The notes: generated by a model from the letters alone, not told the origin. Positions 37,860 through 52,438 are shown, counted from the stretch's first letter. The stretch: DNA of 64,000 nt from Camelus ferus (GCF_009834535.1 NC_045697.1:55616001-55680000), one strand, 5' to 3'. Program-made: numbers and translations.

Positions 37860-40800
37860 CAACTTCCACTCCTGGGAAGAAGGAATAGACATACTTATAA
37901 CTATTTCTCCCACTAAATACAGTGGAAAACCCTGATCATTAAATATAAAACCAATATAAGCAGACTCTGGTTGCTGGAGAGAAGGAAAACCAGTTAGGCA
38001 TCTCAGGACCCAGGAATAGAAGTGTAGTGAGTTTCTTAGGTTTTCCTTTTGCCTTATATCTCAGACTTGTAGAGGAAATAGATCCTAGCCTGCACATGTC
38101 AGTGGGCACAGTCAGAAAAGTCCCAACAAAAGGCTCCTTTCTCTCACTGAAGGACAAGGAAAAGGGAAAGCCTCAAAAGAAAGAAAATCTTACATAATAA
38201 CTTCCCTATTCCACCCAAACACCACAGAAGAAACAGTGGTAACACCCAATCCATGCCAGCAAAGACCAAGTGGGGAGTCTGGATATGGACTCTCTTTAAA
38301 GTGTAGCAAAACACTACAATCCCCCAACCAGGTTGGTGTCAGAGAAGGCAGAGTAAGGAGCTAGGATTTTTAACCCAGTAGTGAGATAACTATTCCTACT
38401 TCCCCTGCTTGTGGTATCACTAAAGACCACATGGAGAGCCTGGACTTCAACTGACACTTATCTCTACCAAGGCACACCTACCCACCAAAATGGTGTCATC
38501 CAGTGAGAACTTGAAGAATTGGTGAACTTGAAGATAAAATGACAGAAATATGCAATCTGAGAAAACAGACTGAAAAAAATAAACAGAGCTCCAGGGATCT
38601 GTCAGATCTAATATTTATGTACTCTGAGTTCCAAACGGAAAGGAGAAAATGGGCAGGGCTGGAAAAGTACTCAAATAAATAATGTATGAAAACTTTCCAT
38701 ATTTGGCAAAAGTAAAAAACCTACAGATAGAAGAAGCTGAAAAAAACTCCACAATTAATAAACCCAAAGTAATCCCTATCAAGACAAATCACAGTAGACC
38801 TTTTGAAAACTGAAACCAAAGAAAACATCTTAAAAGCAGCAAGAGAGAAATAACATCTTACCTATAATGGGAAAACAATTCAATCAACAAGATTTTTTTT
38901 TCTCAGCAATCGTGGAGGCCAAAGAGAAATAGCAAAACATTTTTCAAGTGTTGGAAGAAAAGGACTCTCAAAATTGAATTTTCTTTCCAGCAAAAATATG
39001 CTTAGAAGTGAAGGGGGATTCAAGACATTCTTAGATGAAGGAAAACTAAGACTATGTGATCAGTAGACATGCCTTTAAGAAATAAAGAGAATTCCTTAAA
39101 TAGAAAGAAAATGAACAAAGAAGGAATCTTGGAACATCAAAAAGGAAAGAAGTACAATGGAAAAAATAAAAATATGAGCAAATTAATTTTCTGTCTCCTC
39201 TTGAGATTTTTAGACTGTGTTTGATGGTTGAAGCAAAAATTATAACACTGATTAATACAGTTCTAAAAGTATGCAGAAATAATATTTAATACAATTATAA
39301 ATGGGGAGGACAAAGGTGGGACATAAGTAGATAAGGTTTCTAAATTTGAGTCAAAATGGTAGAATACTGAAAACAGTAGATTGGGTTAATTTGTACATAT
39401 TTATTGTAATACCCATTTATAGTGACCACTAAAAATTCTCTAGAAAGAGACACACTCAAAAACACTGTAAATAAATCAAAAAAGAATTATAAAAGTGACC
39501 AAGTAACTCACAAATGAACAGAAAACAGAAAACAAAGATAAAGGAGAGAAGAAATAGAAAACAAAAAATAAAATGGAAGAATTAGGATTAACATGTCAAT
39601 AAATATTTTTAATGTAAATTAAATATCAACTAAAAGATTGAGAAGCTTAAATAATAAACTATATGCTGCCTGCTACAAATTTACTTCAAATATTAAGATA
39701 ATAAATACACTGAAATTAAAGGGATGGAAAAATATTTCATGCAAAGATTAACCAAAGGAAAAAGGTATAGCTACATTAATATCAGATAAAATCTATTTTA
39801 GATCATGGGAAATTACCAGAAAAGGGAAGGAAATTGCCTAATAGTAAAAGGTCCAACCTACCCAGAGGCCATACCAATCCTAAATGTGTGTGCACTTAAA
39901 AAAAAAAAAAAAAAAAGGCTGACAATGATATGAAACAAATAGCAATTGAATTAAAAGAAATAGATGAAACCATGGTTATATTTGTTGACTTCAATACTAC
40001 TCTTTCAATGATTCATAAGACAACTAGACAGAAAAACAAGGGTACAGAAAAACTAAACATTAGCCAACAAGATCTAATCATTTATACAGCACCCTACCCA
40101 ACAACAGCAGAATGCACATTCTTTTCAAGTGACATCGGGAAATACACCAATGTATATCATAGCCTGGACCATAAAACAAATCTTAGTAATTTAAAAATAA
40201 AAACCATACAGTATGTCCTCAACAATGGCATCACCCTAGAAATCAATAAAAGAAAAAGATAAGAAAATCTCCAAATATGTGGAAAATTTAAAAATCCATT
40301 CTAAATAATCCATTGGCAAAATAGGAAATATCAATAAAAATCACACATTAAATTAAATGAAAATACATATCAAAATGCATACAAAATAGCTAAAGCTGTG
40401 CTGAGAGGGAAATTTATTGCACTAACTTTAATTATTCACCCAGAAATGTAAGTCAAGTTTAATATTCAAAATTAATGTAATCTAATATATTAATAGGCTA
40501 AAGAATAAAATGCCTTAGAATAAAGGTATATTTCAAATAATAACTTAATCTCTCACCTGAAGAACCTAGAAAAAGAACAAAATAACCAAAGATATTCACA
40601 AGGAAAAACAGAGCAGAAGTAAATAAAATTGTAATGAGAAAAACAATGGCCAATTCTTTAAAAAAGATAAATAAAATCAAGAAACCCCTTGTACGACTGG
40701 CAAAGTAAAAACAGAAGAAAATACCAATTACTAGTATCCTGAATGACATAATAGATTTCACTATAGATCCCACAGACATCAAAAAGACAGTAAGGAAATA

Positions 40801-41757
40801 ATATGAACACTCTTTACTATAAAAATAATTTTGACAAATGACATGAAATAATTCTTCAAAAAAACACCAATACAGGTAATTCTTGATTTTCAAAAGTTCA
40901 CTTTGTGCCATTTAACTTCTACAAAAGCCCTACGTTAGTACTTGTTTATGCTAACTGAAAGAAAGCCAGACTATTTTCAGTTTTATGGAAAAAAGCAAAA
41001 GGTGAAAAGTGTTCAGAGCTTGTTTTGTAACAGGCTGCTACAGTGCCAGTGTGCATCCTGAGCCACAAGAGTAGTGACCTCCTTTCCCAGGAACTACACT
41101 GACCATCTCAGCATCAAGCCACCATAACTCTGAACTGTGTCTGTGAGCATCTATGCTTTGTCTCAATTGATTTTGGGCATCAGCTAGCAAGACGTTCTAC
41201 AGTAATTCCCTTTTTACTCTACACTATATTGGCTTAGGAAAGGTTTCATAGGAATGTTCTAGTTTCAGATAGTGGGGGAAACGTATACTGCAACACACCC
41301 ACTAGGAAAGGTTACTTAAAATTTCCTTTAATTTTTAAACTCCCAAAAAAGAAATCTCTAAGTATAGATAGGGTCATTGGAGAATTGTGCAAAATCTTAA
41401 AATAGTAATAGCACTAATTCTACACAATACAGTCCAGAATAAAGAAACATAGGATAAATTTCTCTGTTTTATGAAGCTAGTAATACTGTGATACAAAAAT
41501 CTGACAAAGTACAGCAAAATAAAAATATAAATCAATATCTATTATGAATTTAGATTTTAAAATTCTAAACAAAATATTAGAAATTTGAATTTAGCAATTT
41601 TTAACAAGAATTATACACATGGATGAAATGAGGTTATTCCAGGGATGCAAGACAGGTTCAATAAATGTAATCCACCATATTAAGCAGTTCTATCCATCAC
41701 AATAAGACAAGAAAAGGATACAAATGGCCTAAGATTGGAAAGAAATAAAACTCACTA
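37860..41757 (+). mobile_element. Old long L1 (L1MD-like): 5' UTR, ORF1, ORF2 to just before the RT catalytic motif
   Basis: ORF1 text (tcttaaaagcagcaagagagaaa), endonuclease (VDFNTTLS, CTFFSS), RT (ttattccagggatgcaag); interrupted by a Tigger. Confidence 0.85.
40873..41285 (-). mobile_element. Tigger-type non-autonomous transposon (Tigger6-like) nested in L1
   Basis: TA-flanked; right end gaaaggtttcataggaatgttctagtttcagatagtgggggaaac; host L1 resumes afterwards. Confidence 0.7.
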
Positions 41758-42622
41758 TTTAAACAAATTGACAACCTACAGAATGGAAGAAAATATTTGC
41801 AAATGATATACAACTGACAAAGGCTTAATTTCCAGAATATATAAACAGCTCATACAACTTAACAACAACAACAACAACAAAACCCAATCCAAAAATGGGC
41901 AGAAGACCTAAACAAGCAATTCTCCAATGAAGACACACTAATGGCCAATAGGCACATGCAAAAATGGTCAATATCACTAATCATCAGAGAAATGCAAATC
42001 AAAACTACAATGAGGTATCACCTCACACCAGTCAGAATGGCCATCATTCAAAAGTCCACAAATGACAAATGCTGGAGAGGCTGTGGAGAAAAGGGAACCC
42101 TCCAACACTGCTGATGGGAATGCAGTTTGGTGCAGCCATTTTGGAAAACAGTATGGAGATTCCTTATAAAACTAAAAACAGACTTTCCATATGATCCAGC
42201 AATCCCACTCCTGGGCATATATACAGAAAAACTCTAATTTGAAAAGATACATGCACCCCAATGTTCATAGCAGCATTATATATAATAGCCAAGACATTGA
42301 AACAACCTAAATGTCCATCAACAGGTGACTGGATAAAGTTGTGGTATATTTATACAATGGAATACTACTCAGTCATAAAAAAGAATAAAATAATGCCATT
42401 TGCTGCAACATGGATGGACCTGGAGATTGCCATTCTAAGTGAAGTAAGCCAGAAAGAGAAAGAAAAATGCCCTATGATATCACTCATATGTGGAATCTAA
42501 AATAAAAGAAAAAAAGAGGACACTAATGAACTCATCTACAAAACAGAAACAGACTCTCAGACATAGTAAACAGTCTTATGGTTACTCAGGGGGGTAGGAA
42601 GGGATAAATCTGGGAGTTTGAA
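41758..42622 (+). mobile_element. Younger L1 fragment (ORF2 C-terminus and partial 3' UTR, no tail)
   Basis: Closely parallels 10650-11515; MFIAALY...ISLICGI*. Confidence 0.93.
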
Positions 42623-42659
42623 TGTATGTTGAACACTTTTCTGCAAGTTAAAACTATCT

Positions 42660-43119
42660 GATACTACTCAGCCATAAAAAGGAATAATACAATGCCATTT
42701 GCAGCAACATGGGTGGACCTGGAGATTGTCATTCTAAATGAAGTAAGCCAGAAAGAGAAAGAAGTATACCATATAATAATATCAGTCATATGTAGAATCT
42801 AAAGAAAAGACAAATGAACTTGTTTACAAAACAGAAACAGACTCACAGATACAGAAAACAATCTTATAGTTACCAGGGGAAAAGAGGGTGGGAAGGCATA
42901 AATTTGGGAGTTTGAGATTTGCAAATATTACTATTATATAAAAAATAGATACATAATAATTTTTTTCTGTATACACAGGGTACTACATTCAACATCTTAT
43001 AATAACTGTTAATGAAAAAGAATACGAAAACAAATATATGTATGTATATGTATGACTGGGTCATTATGCTGTACATCAGAGATTGACACATTGTAACTGA
43101 CTGTACTTCAATAAAAAAA
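42660..43119 (+). mobile_element. 5'-truncated L1 3' end with A tail
   Basis: atactactcagccataaaaagg...gacacattgtaactgactgtacttcaataaaaaaa. Confidence 0.93.
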
Positions 43120-43689
43120 GGTAAGTGAAACTATACTATTTTCATTACTAAAGAGTAAATACACCTAAAAGCTCATTTTGCAGAATACTTAATATTTTAC
43201 TTTACATATAAAATCTCAGCATGTGGTCTTAAAAATAGAGATTGTACTAGATCAGCTGATACATGAGAGAGATTTTACCATCTATCAGTGAGGACAGAAA
43301 GCGCTATTCAACAAATGATCTTGAATTTTGAAATTCATGTATGATGAAAAAGAAATTCCACACATAATAAGAAATAAGAAGACATAGGAAAAAGACAGAA
43401 TTCTGAGAACAGAAAGAGAGGGAAAGGAAGGAGCTGGGGAAAGAGGGGGAGAGAGGTGAAGGTGGGGCAAGACAGAATGAGAGATCCAAAAAGCTTTTTC
43501 TTTCAGGGATGCTGGTTTTAGCTCAGCATCTTGCCAAATGTGTGGCAGAGTGATTGCAGGAGTATTCTAAAAGCTCACCATACTGAGAATTACTTTTTCT
43601 AGTACTATAATGTCATACTTAGTGACTTCGAACATTTTAAAACTAAAATAATAATTTTAAAAATAAAATTTCAGATTCATTTTTATATC

Positions 43690-44980
43690 TTAAAAATAAA
43701 AAAACAGTACAATTATTCAAAAATGAAACACTTTGGTGCAAATCTAACAAAATATTGTCAGTATTTAAATACCGTAAGTTAGAAAATAATTATGAAAAAA
43801 AATCAAAGACTATCTAAATAACTAGAACTATTGTATTGATAGTATAGGAGACTAAATATAGGTTATGATGTCAATTCTTCAAATTGTTATCTGAGTTTAA
43901 CATTATCCCTAAAATTAATCCTTGTAATATTTTATGTAGACAAAAAATAAGATTCTAAATTTTATATGGAAAGGAAAATAAAATACCTGAAGTGGGAGAC
44001 AGATATATCTATGCAATTTCAAGATTTATTATATGGGTAGCCTATGTGGTATTGGCAAAGGACTAGACACATAAATCAATTAATCAAAATAGAGAATCCA
44101 GAAACAGAACCACACAAAAATGCCCAAGTGATTTTTTATACAGGTGCAAAAGCAATTCAATGCAGAATGTGTAGCCCACCGCTTAACAATGCAGGAAAAA
44201 AACTGGCTATCCAAAGACCAAAACATGAACCTTGACTTAAATCTTTACATTTTATATGGAACACACTCAATATCGGTCATCTATTTAAATTTAAATAGTA
44301 AAAGTGTAAAACTTTTTAAAAATAGAAAAAACTGAGATCTATGGTAGGTGAAGAGTTATTTGATACCAAAGAATTTGATAAACTGAACTTTATCAAAATT
44401 AGTTTTGCTCTGCAAAAGGCCTTATAAGAAGATGAAAAGATAAAGTTCAAACTACAGTCTGGGAGAAAACATTTCCAAACCACATATCTAACAAAATACT
44501 AGTATCTTAAATATATAATGAACTCTCAAAACTCAACAATGAAAAAATCCAATTCAAAATGGGGAAAGATAAAGAGACATTTCATTGAACAGGATATACA
44601 GAGAGCTAATAAGCACCTGAATCTCCAGAGAATTATGCTGAGTGGAAAAAGGCAATCCCATTTATGCTTCCATTTCTGTAACATTCCAGAAAAGACTGAA
44701 TTAAAGAAATAGAGAACAAATTAGTGATTGCCAGAGGAGATAGCAGGAGGGAAGTAGGTGTGACTTTTCAATATCAAATTGAAAGATCTTTGTAATAATG
44801 GAAATTATCTTTATCTTTGCATAAATTTCAGTATCTTGGTTTAGATATTGTACTACAGTCCTGCAAGATGTTACCATTGGGAGATATTGGATAAACGGTC
44901 TATGTGATCTCTCTGCATGTCTCACAAAGTCATGTGCATCTTCAATAATCTCAAAATGTTTATTAAAAACAAATCAAAAC
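43690..44980 (+). mobile_element. Old L1 ORF2 3' half and L1MD-type 3' end
   Basis: MWYWQRTRHINQ..IENPE; gatattgtactacagtcctgcaagatgttaccattggg. Confidence 0.85.
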
Positions 44981-45501
44981 TAAAATATATTTATAAACGG
45001 TTAATGTTACATAATACCTTCAGCACAACACATAAAATCTTCTATATTCTTCCACTTACTATATTATGTTTTCTATTTTCATTATGTATATACATGGGTT
45101 ATTGCCTTTAAAAGAGTGTAAGCTCCTGGTCATACAATTACTTATACTTCCACTCCCACTCCTACCTTCTGGTTCTTTTCCAGCATTTATGCAGAACATT
45201 AGTAAATGTCTGAAGATGTCAATTACAAGCTCTGTGATCTTGAAAAATTCAATTAACCAACCTGAACCACAACTCCAGTGACTAAGAGCAGTAATTTAAC
45301 CTACTTAACTGCAAATGTGATTAAAAGTATTGGGTTAGGTAATATGGTCCCAGGGTTTCATAAACAATATAATGTAATTTGATATTCTTATTGCTATTAT
45401 CAGAAAATAAACATAGTAAATACTTAATCAAATGTCAAATCAATAATGTAAATGAGTAGTTAAACCAGCTCAACATACATAAAGGGTATAAAAAGAGCTT
45501 T

Positions 45502-45671
45502 CTTTTACCAACAGTGTAGGAGAGTTCCCTTTTCTCCACAGCCTCTCCAGCATTTATTATTTGTAAACTTTTTGACGATGACCATTCTGGCTTGTGTAAA
45601 GAGATACATCCTTGTTGATTTAATTTGCATTTCTCTAATAATTAGTGATGTTGAGCATCTTTTCATGTGTT
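45502..45671 (-). mobile_element. Internal L1 ORF2 fragment flanked by direct repeats
   Basis: Reverse complement parallels 4145-4307; aaagagcttt at 45492-45501 and 45672-45681. Confidence 0.9.
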
Positions 45672-45892
45672 AAAGAGCTTTTGTTTTTATTCACAAATTG
45701 TACACTCATAATGGATATTCAGTAAGGAAAAAAGTTGAACAATAGATCACTATGGCAACATTTTTAATGAGCCATTTTAATAACATGACGTGTTTCCTTG
45801 ATTTATTTTTTCCAGCCAAGTAGCCATTCTGTAGAGAACTACAAAGAATTAAAGTTCTTTCCAACTAACTCTTGTTTTCTAGAAATAAATTA

Positions 45893-46386
45893 CAGATTTT
45901 TCTTACTCATGATGGGGTTATATCCCCATAAACCTATGGTAAGTGGAAAATATTTTAAGTTAAAAATGTCTTTAATGAACCTGACATACAAAACATAATA
46001 GCCTAGCTTAGCCTATCTTTACATGCTCAGTATACTTACATTAGCCTTCAGTGGGGCAAAAGCATCTGACACGAAGCCTTTTTTATACTAAAAGATTAAA
46101 TATCTCCTGTAATTTATTGAATACTGTGCCAACAGCTGAAAAAATGGTTTTATGGGTACAGAACAGTTGAAAGTGTGTTGGTTGTTTACTCTTGTGATTG
46201 TGGACTGACGGAGCTGTGGCTCACTGCCCCTGCCCAGCATCATGGGAAAGGATCATACTGCATCTTGCTAGCCTAAGATCAAAATCCAAAATTTGAAGTA
46301 AGGCTTCCACAGAGTACATATTCCTTTCTCAACATCACTAAGACAAAAATCTGTTAAGTCTAACGATCAAAATCAGGGACCCTCTG
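45893..46386 (+). mobile_element. Tigger5/MER47-family DNA transposon
   Basis: TA|cagat...gatggggttatatccccataaacc...ttagcctatc...gggaccctctg. Confidence 0.88.
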
Positions 46387-48544
46387 TGTTCTCTTTAACT
46401 TTTTATTAACAATTTCTGGCACACAACCTTTGCTCAAAAGGTGCTTTTGAGAATAAAATAAACTTATAAATGAGCTCAGTGTGGTTTATCTCAACATACT
46501 CCACCACTGCTTGAATGGTGTTTGTCAGAATTCAAGAGACATTTGACTAATGAGCCCTGTATGATTTTAGACTCTAAGGACATCTTATTTTCTGATGTAT
46601 ACTCCCCAATGATTAGCATAGCATGGGTAAAAATATTTCATGACTGATTGGACTTATAAATCCCTCATTACAGTGTTTGTCTTTCGTACTATCAGCCATA
46701 AATTTTTGGAAAAGAAATATTTATGAAATAGATGCTTAAATGTTGAGGTGAATGACTCATTCTGAGGATAACATTTTATCAGCTCCACAGCTTTAATATT
46801 TTCTAGTGTTTATAATGCACTGATACATCGTTGTTCAAATCTAAAACTTAGTGCTTAAATTTTATCTTATATTGTTTTGTTACATAAATTTAAACTAAAT
46901 CTCTAACTGAAATCTCTCATTTGTGAAATAAATACAGCCACACACAATACAAAAGGACGCTATTTACCTATTTCTTCATGATTGCTAAAATACTGATTTA
47001 TAATGATAAAAGCATTAAGAATTCATGAAAATATTTTACTGTGCCATTAAGTTCTAAGATATATAAATATACAGAATATAAGTTAAAGAAGATGAAAACC
47101 TACATTATTCCATTCTTGGAAATTGTCAATCTAGTGTTATTTAGCAATCAATAATTCAATCATTCTTTACTTTTTAATAATGTAACAATTTATGGAAATT
47201 CTAAGGAAAAAGTAAACTATGATCAAAGAAAGACTTAAATGCTTTTGTATCAATAGAAATCAATTATACCTTTCAGTTTTCAATGTGTGAATTATTCATA
47301 GTATTTCTTACCTGGCTGTCATTTACCCATTGATTTATAATTAAGAAAATCAAGCCAAAATTAATGTTAAACAAGCAAAAGTATGGGCAGGAAGTCTTGA
47401 TTTTTTAATGAATTCTCAAGTCAAATAAAAACAATTCAGCATCTACTTAATTGGTATGTATAAAACGTTAATCTCACTTTTATCATAAACATATTTATTG
47501 TAAAAATATTGATATTCACTGTGCTGAAAGAAAAGCACCTGTCTACAAGAAATCTTAATGGGACTCTCTAAGCAGAAAAGAAAGGGCCACAACTAGAAAT
47601 ATGAAAATTATGGATGGAAAAATCTCATTGGTAGAGGCAAATATACAGTAAAGGTAATCAATCAACCACATATGACAGTTACTAGAAAGGTTGAAAGACT
47701 GAAAGTTAGGGGAATGGAAAAAGATATTTCATGCATATGGGAAAGAAAAGAAAGCTAGGGTAACAACTCTTATATCAGAAAAATGGATTTTAAAACAAAG
47801 TTTGTAAAAAGTGATAAGGATATTACATAATGACCAAGGGATCAATCCATGAAGTAGATATAACAACTGCAAATATATATGCATCCAACATAGAAGCACC
47901 TCAATATATAAATCTAATATTAACCAGCATAAAAGTAGAAACTGACTGTAACACAATAATAGTAGAGAACTTTAACACTCACTTACAGACAGATCATTCG
48001 GACAGAAAATCAGTAGGGAATACTGGGCTTAAACAAGGTACTAGAACAAACAGACTTAATAGATATACGTAGACCATCCCATCCAAAAGCAGCAGACTGC
48101 ACACTTAAAGTGTACATGAAACATTCTCCAGGACAGATCACATGCCAGGCCATAAAACAAGTCTCAGTAAATTAAGGAAAGTTGAAATAATATCAAACAA
48201 CTCTTCTAACCACAATGCTATGAGACTTGAAAACAACTACAAGGAAAAAAAACTGCAAAGCACTATTATGTGCAGGCTAATTAAAATGCTACTAAACAAC
48301 CAATGTAGCACTGAATAAACATAAGAAGAAATGAAAAAATGCCTTGAGATGATGAAAACAAAAACATAACAATCCAAAAATCTATGTGATGCACTGAAAG
48401 TACTTCTAAGAGGGAAGTTTATAGCAATGTAAGTCTACCTCAGGAAATAAGAAAAATCTCAAACAATTTAAACTTAGATCTGTAGTAACTGCAAAAAGAA
48501 CAAACAGAACCCAAAGTTAGTAGAAGTAATCACAAAGATCAGAG

Positions 48545-48759
48545 CTGAGGGGGAGGGGAAAGATAGGAGTAGGAGATTAAGAGATACAAACTATTATCTA
48601 TAAAGTAAATGAGACAAATGATATACTATGCTACACAGGAAAATATAGCCATTATTTTATATAACTTCAAATAGAGTAAGCTATAAAACATATTAAATCA
48701 CTATGTTGTCTACATGAAACTAACATAATATTGTAAATCAACTATAATTCAATTTTAAA
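48545..48759 (+). mobile_element. Short L1 3' end nested in L1, with TSD
   Basis: TSD aaagatcagag 48534-48544 / aaggatcagag 48760-48770. Confidence 0.88.
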
Positions 48760-50084
48760 AAGGATCAGAGGAAAACTAGAGACTAAAAATATATTGAAAA
48801 TATAAACAAAACTAAGAACTACTTTTCTGAAATAATACAATTAATCAAACTTTAGCCAGCCTCATCAAAAAAAAGAGGACCCAAATCAATGAAATCAGAA
48901 ATGAAAAGTAAGAACTTACAATCAATACTACAAAGAATCATAAGAGATTATTATGAACAATTATATGCAAATAAATAGAAAACCAATCTCCCAAGACTGA
49001 ACCAGGAAGAAATAGAAAATATGAAAAGACAAATTACTAGTAATGAAGTTGAATTAGTAATAAAAAAATTTCCCAACAAACAAAAAGTACATGACCAGAT
49101 GGCTTCACAGGTAAATTCTACCAAAAACTTAGGAAGAGTTAATACCTATACTTCTGAAACTATTCCAAAACATTTGCAGAGAAAGGAATGCCTCCACACT
49201 CATTCTATGAAGCCAACATCCCCCTGATACCAAACTAGACAAAAGATATCACCTCAAAAGAAAATTACAGGCTAATATCATTGGTGAACACAGATGTAAA
49301 CATCTTCAACAAATACTAGCAAACCTAACTCAATAATACATTAAAAGGATCATCTACCATGATCAAGTAAGATTTATCCCAGTGAGTGATGGAGGGATGG
49401 CTCAATATCCACAATCCAATTAATGTGACACACTACATTAACAACTTGAAAAATAAAAATTATATGATCATCTCAATAGATGCTAAACACTCTTAACAAA
49501 GTGGGCATGGAGGGAACATACCTGAACATAATAAAGGCTATATATTACAAACCCACAGTTAACATCATACTAAAAGATGAAAAGATGAAAGCATTTTGTG
49601 TAAGATCAAGGCAAGGATGTTCACACTCATCACTTTTATTCAACATAGTGTTAGATGTCCTAGCTATAACAATCAGGAAAGAAAAATAAGTAAAAGGAGT
49701 CCTTACTGGAATGTAAGTAAAACTGTCACTGCAGATAACATGATACTATCAACAGGAAATCCTGAAGACACCAAAAAAACTACTAGAACTCAATGAATTT
49801 GACAAAGTTGCAGGATACAAAATTAAAGAAAGCTGTTGCACTTCTATACACTAACAGTAAACTATGAGAAAGAAATCAGAAAATACAATTTACAACCACA
49901 TCAAAAAGAATTTAAAAACCCTAGGAATAAATCTAACTAAGGAGGTAAAAGACCTGTACTCAGAAAACCATAAGACACTGATGAAAGATACTGAAGATGA
50001 CACAAACAGATGTAAAGGTATACTGTTAATGGATTGGAAGAATTTATATTGTTAAAATGAGCATAGTACCAAGGTAATCTAAAG

Positions 50085-50312
50085 ATTTGCAGATACTAAC
50101 TACTATATATAAAATAAACAGCAAGGTCCTACTGTATAGCTATATTCAATATTCAATACCTTGTAAAAGCCTATAGTGACAAAGAATTTGAAAAAGCATA
50201 TATATATATATACACACACACACATATATATATACACACATATATATATGAATCACTATGCTGTACACCAGAAATTAACATTGTAAACTATAATTAAAAT
50301 TACAAAAAAATT
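50085..50312 (+). mobile_element. Short L1 3' end nested in L1, with an internal TA/CA repeat
   Basis: Host text atctaaagatt|...|caatgcaatt is split by actactatatataaaa...aaggtcctactgtatagc...gctgtacaccagaaa. Confidence 0.85.
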
Positions 50313-52438
50313 ACAATGCAATTCAAACCAATGGCATTTTTCACAGAACTAGAAGAAATAATTTTAAAATTTGTACAAAAACACAAAGATCTCAAATAGC
50401 AAAACAATCTTTATAAAGCAGAAAAAGCTGGAGGTACCAGTTTGATTTCAAACTATACCACAAAACTGTAGTTATCAAAACAGTATAGTACTGGTATCAA
50501 AACAGATACATCAATTATTAGAATAGAGAATCCAGAAGTCACCCAACACTTATATGGCCGAACAAGGCAAGAAAACAACGGGTAAAAGACAGTCTCTTCA
50601 ACAAGTGGTGCTGGGAAAGTTGGACAGCTACATACAAAAGAATCAAACTGTAACACTTTCCTACACCATGCTCAAAAATATATTTCAGTCTTTAATCCAT
50701 TTTGAATTTAAGACTTTAAACCATAAAATTTCTAGAAGAAAACACAGGAAATTCTTTGACACTGTTCTTAGTAATATTTGGACCTGCCTTCTCAGATAAG
50801 GGAAACAAAAGCAAAAATAAATAAATGGGACTACATCAAATTAAAAAGCTTTTGCACAGCAAAGGAAACTATCAATGAAATTAAAAGGCCACTTACTGAA
50901 TGGGAGAAGCTATTCACAAAAGACATAGCCAATAAGAGGTTAATATCCAAATATATAAAGAGCTTATACAATTCAAGAGAAAAAAAACCAATTAAAAAAT
51001 GGACAGAGGATCTGAACAGACATTTTTCCAAAGAAGATGCACAGATAACCAATAGGCACAAGAAAAGATGTTCAACATCACTAATTATTAGGGAAATGCA
51101 AGCCAAAACTACAATGAGATATCAATTCATACTTTTTATAATTGGTATTATCAAAAAGAACATAAAGAACAAGTGCTGGTGAGGATGTAGAGAAAAGGGA
51201 ACCTTTATATACTGTTGGTAGGAATATAATTTGGTGCAGCCATGATGGAAAACAGTATAGAGATCACTTAAAAATTAAAGACAGAACTACCATATGATTC
51301 AGCAATTCCACTCCTGGAAATTTATCCAAAGAGCACAAAATTACTAATTTAAAAATACATATGCATCCTTATATTCACTGCATTCAGAATTATTTACAAT
51401 AGCCAAAATATGGTAGCAAACTAAGTATCCATCAATAGATGGATTAAAAAAATGTGGTATATATATAATGTGTGTGTGTGTGTAATGTAACATTACTCAG
51501 ACATAAAAAAGAATGAAATCTTGCCATCTGCAGCACTATGAATGGATCTGAAGGGTATAATAGTAAGGGAAGTAATTCAAACAGAAAGACAGAATACACA
51601 TATAAGTGAAATCACGTAGTATTTAAGAGCCAAAACAAATGAATAAACATAAACAGAAGCAGTTATAGATACAGAGAACAAACAGGTGGTTGCCAGAGGG
51701 AAGGGAGGTGGAAATAGTTGAGGGAAATTGAGAGGTACAAACATCCAGTTGCAAAATAAATAAGTCACTGTACAGTGTGAGGAATATAGTCAATTAAAAA
51801 AAAAAGAAAGGAAGAAAGAACAAACAAATATCTCTAAAATCTATTTGGGTATTGACAGAACAAGTAAGGTCAATTTTTCAATAAGCTGAAGAGTAAGAGT
51901 ATCCATAGCAGAGCACACCAATATTGGCATATCTTCTACATTAATGTGGGTATATGAAAAATAATTGATTAAATAAATTGATTAAGTTGAAAATATTTAA
52001 AATGTTTAAAAAATTTTCTTAATTCATGGGGACATCTCTTGGTTTACCCAGATATTGTAAATATTGTAGTGATACAAATTTAGAGAAGGTAAGAAGAGAA
52101 TACAGAGGAAAATATGTGTGTTAGAAATTACTTTTAATGTCTATCAAAATTTGTGTATGGCCTTCACATTTCTAATTTTTAGAAGCAATATGTATTCTAA
52201 ATTAATTATGAATTGTGACTTTATGCTATTTTATTGATAAAATGTAAATATCAAATCCACTGTGTTTGATAAATGCTATATATATATATGTATATATACA
52301 TACACACACACACATAACTTTAAGAAGTAATTATAACATTTTGTATTGGTGTAGGTATAAGGTCAAGAATTAGCTATTTTTCTGAAATTAGTGTTTAATT
52401 TACAGTGGATTTACTCTTTCAGATTTTATGCTCTAGAT

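Larger units (their letters stand above)
47545..51810 (+). mobile_element. Long degenerate L1 (ORF1 end to 3' end) with nested insertions
   Basis: Endonuclease (NIYASNIEAPQY), RT (VTADNMI), [17 protein letters not shown]; short terminal region followed by A tail. Confidence 0.93.
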
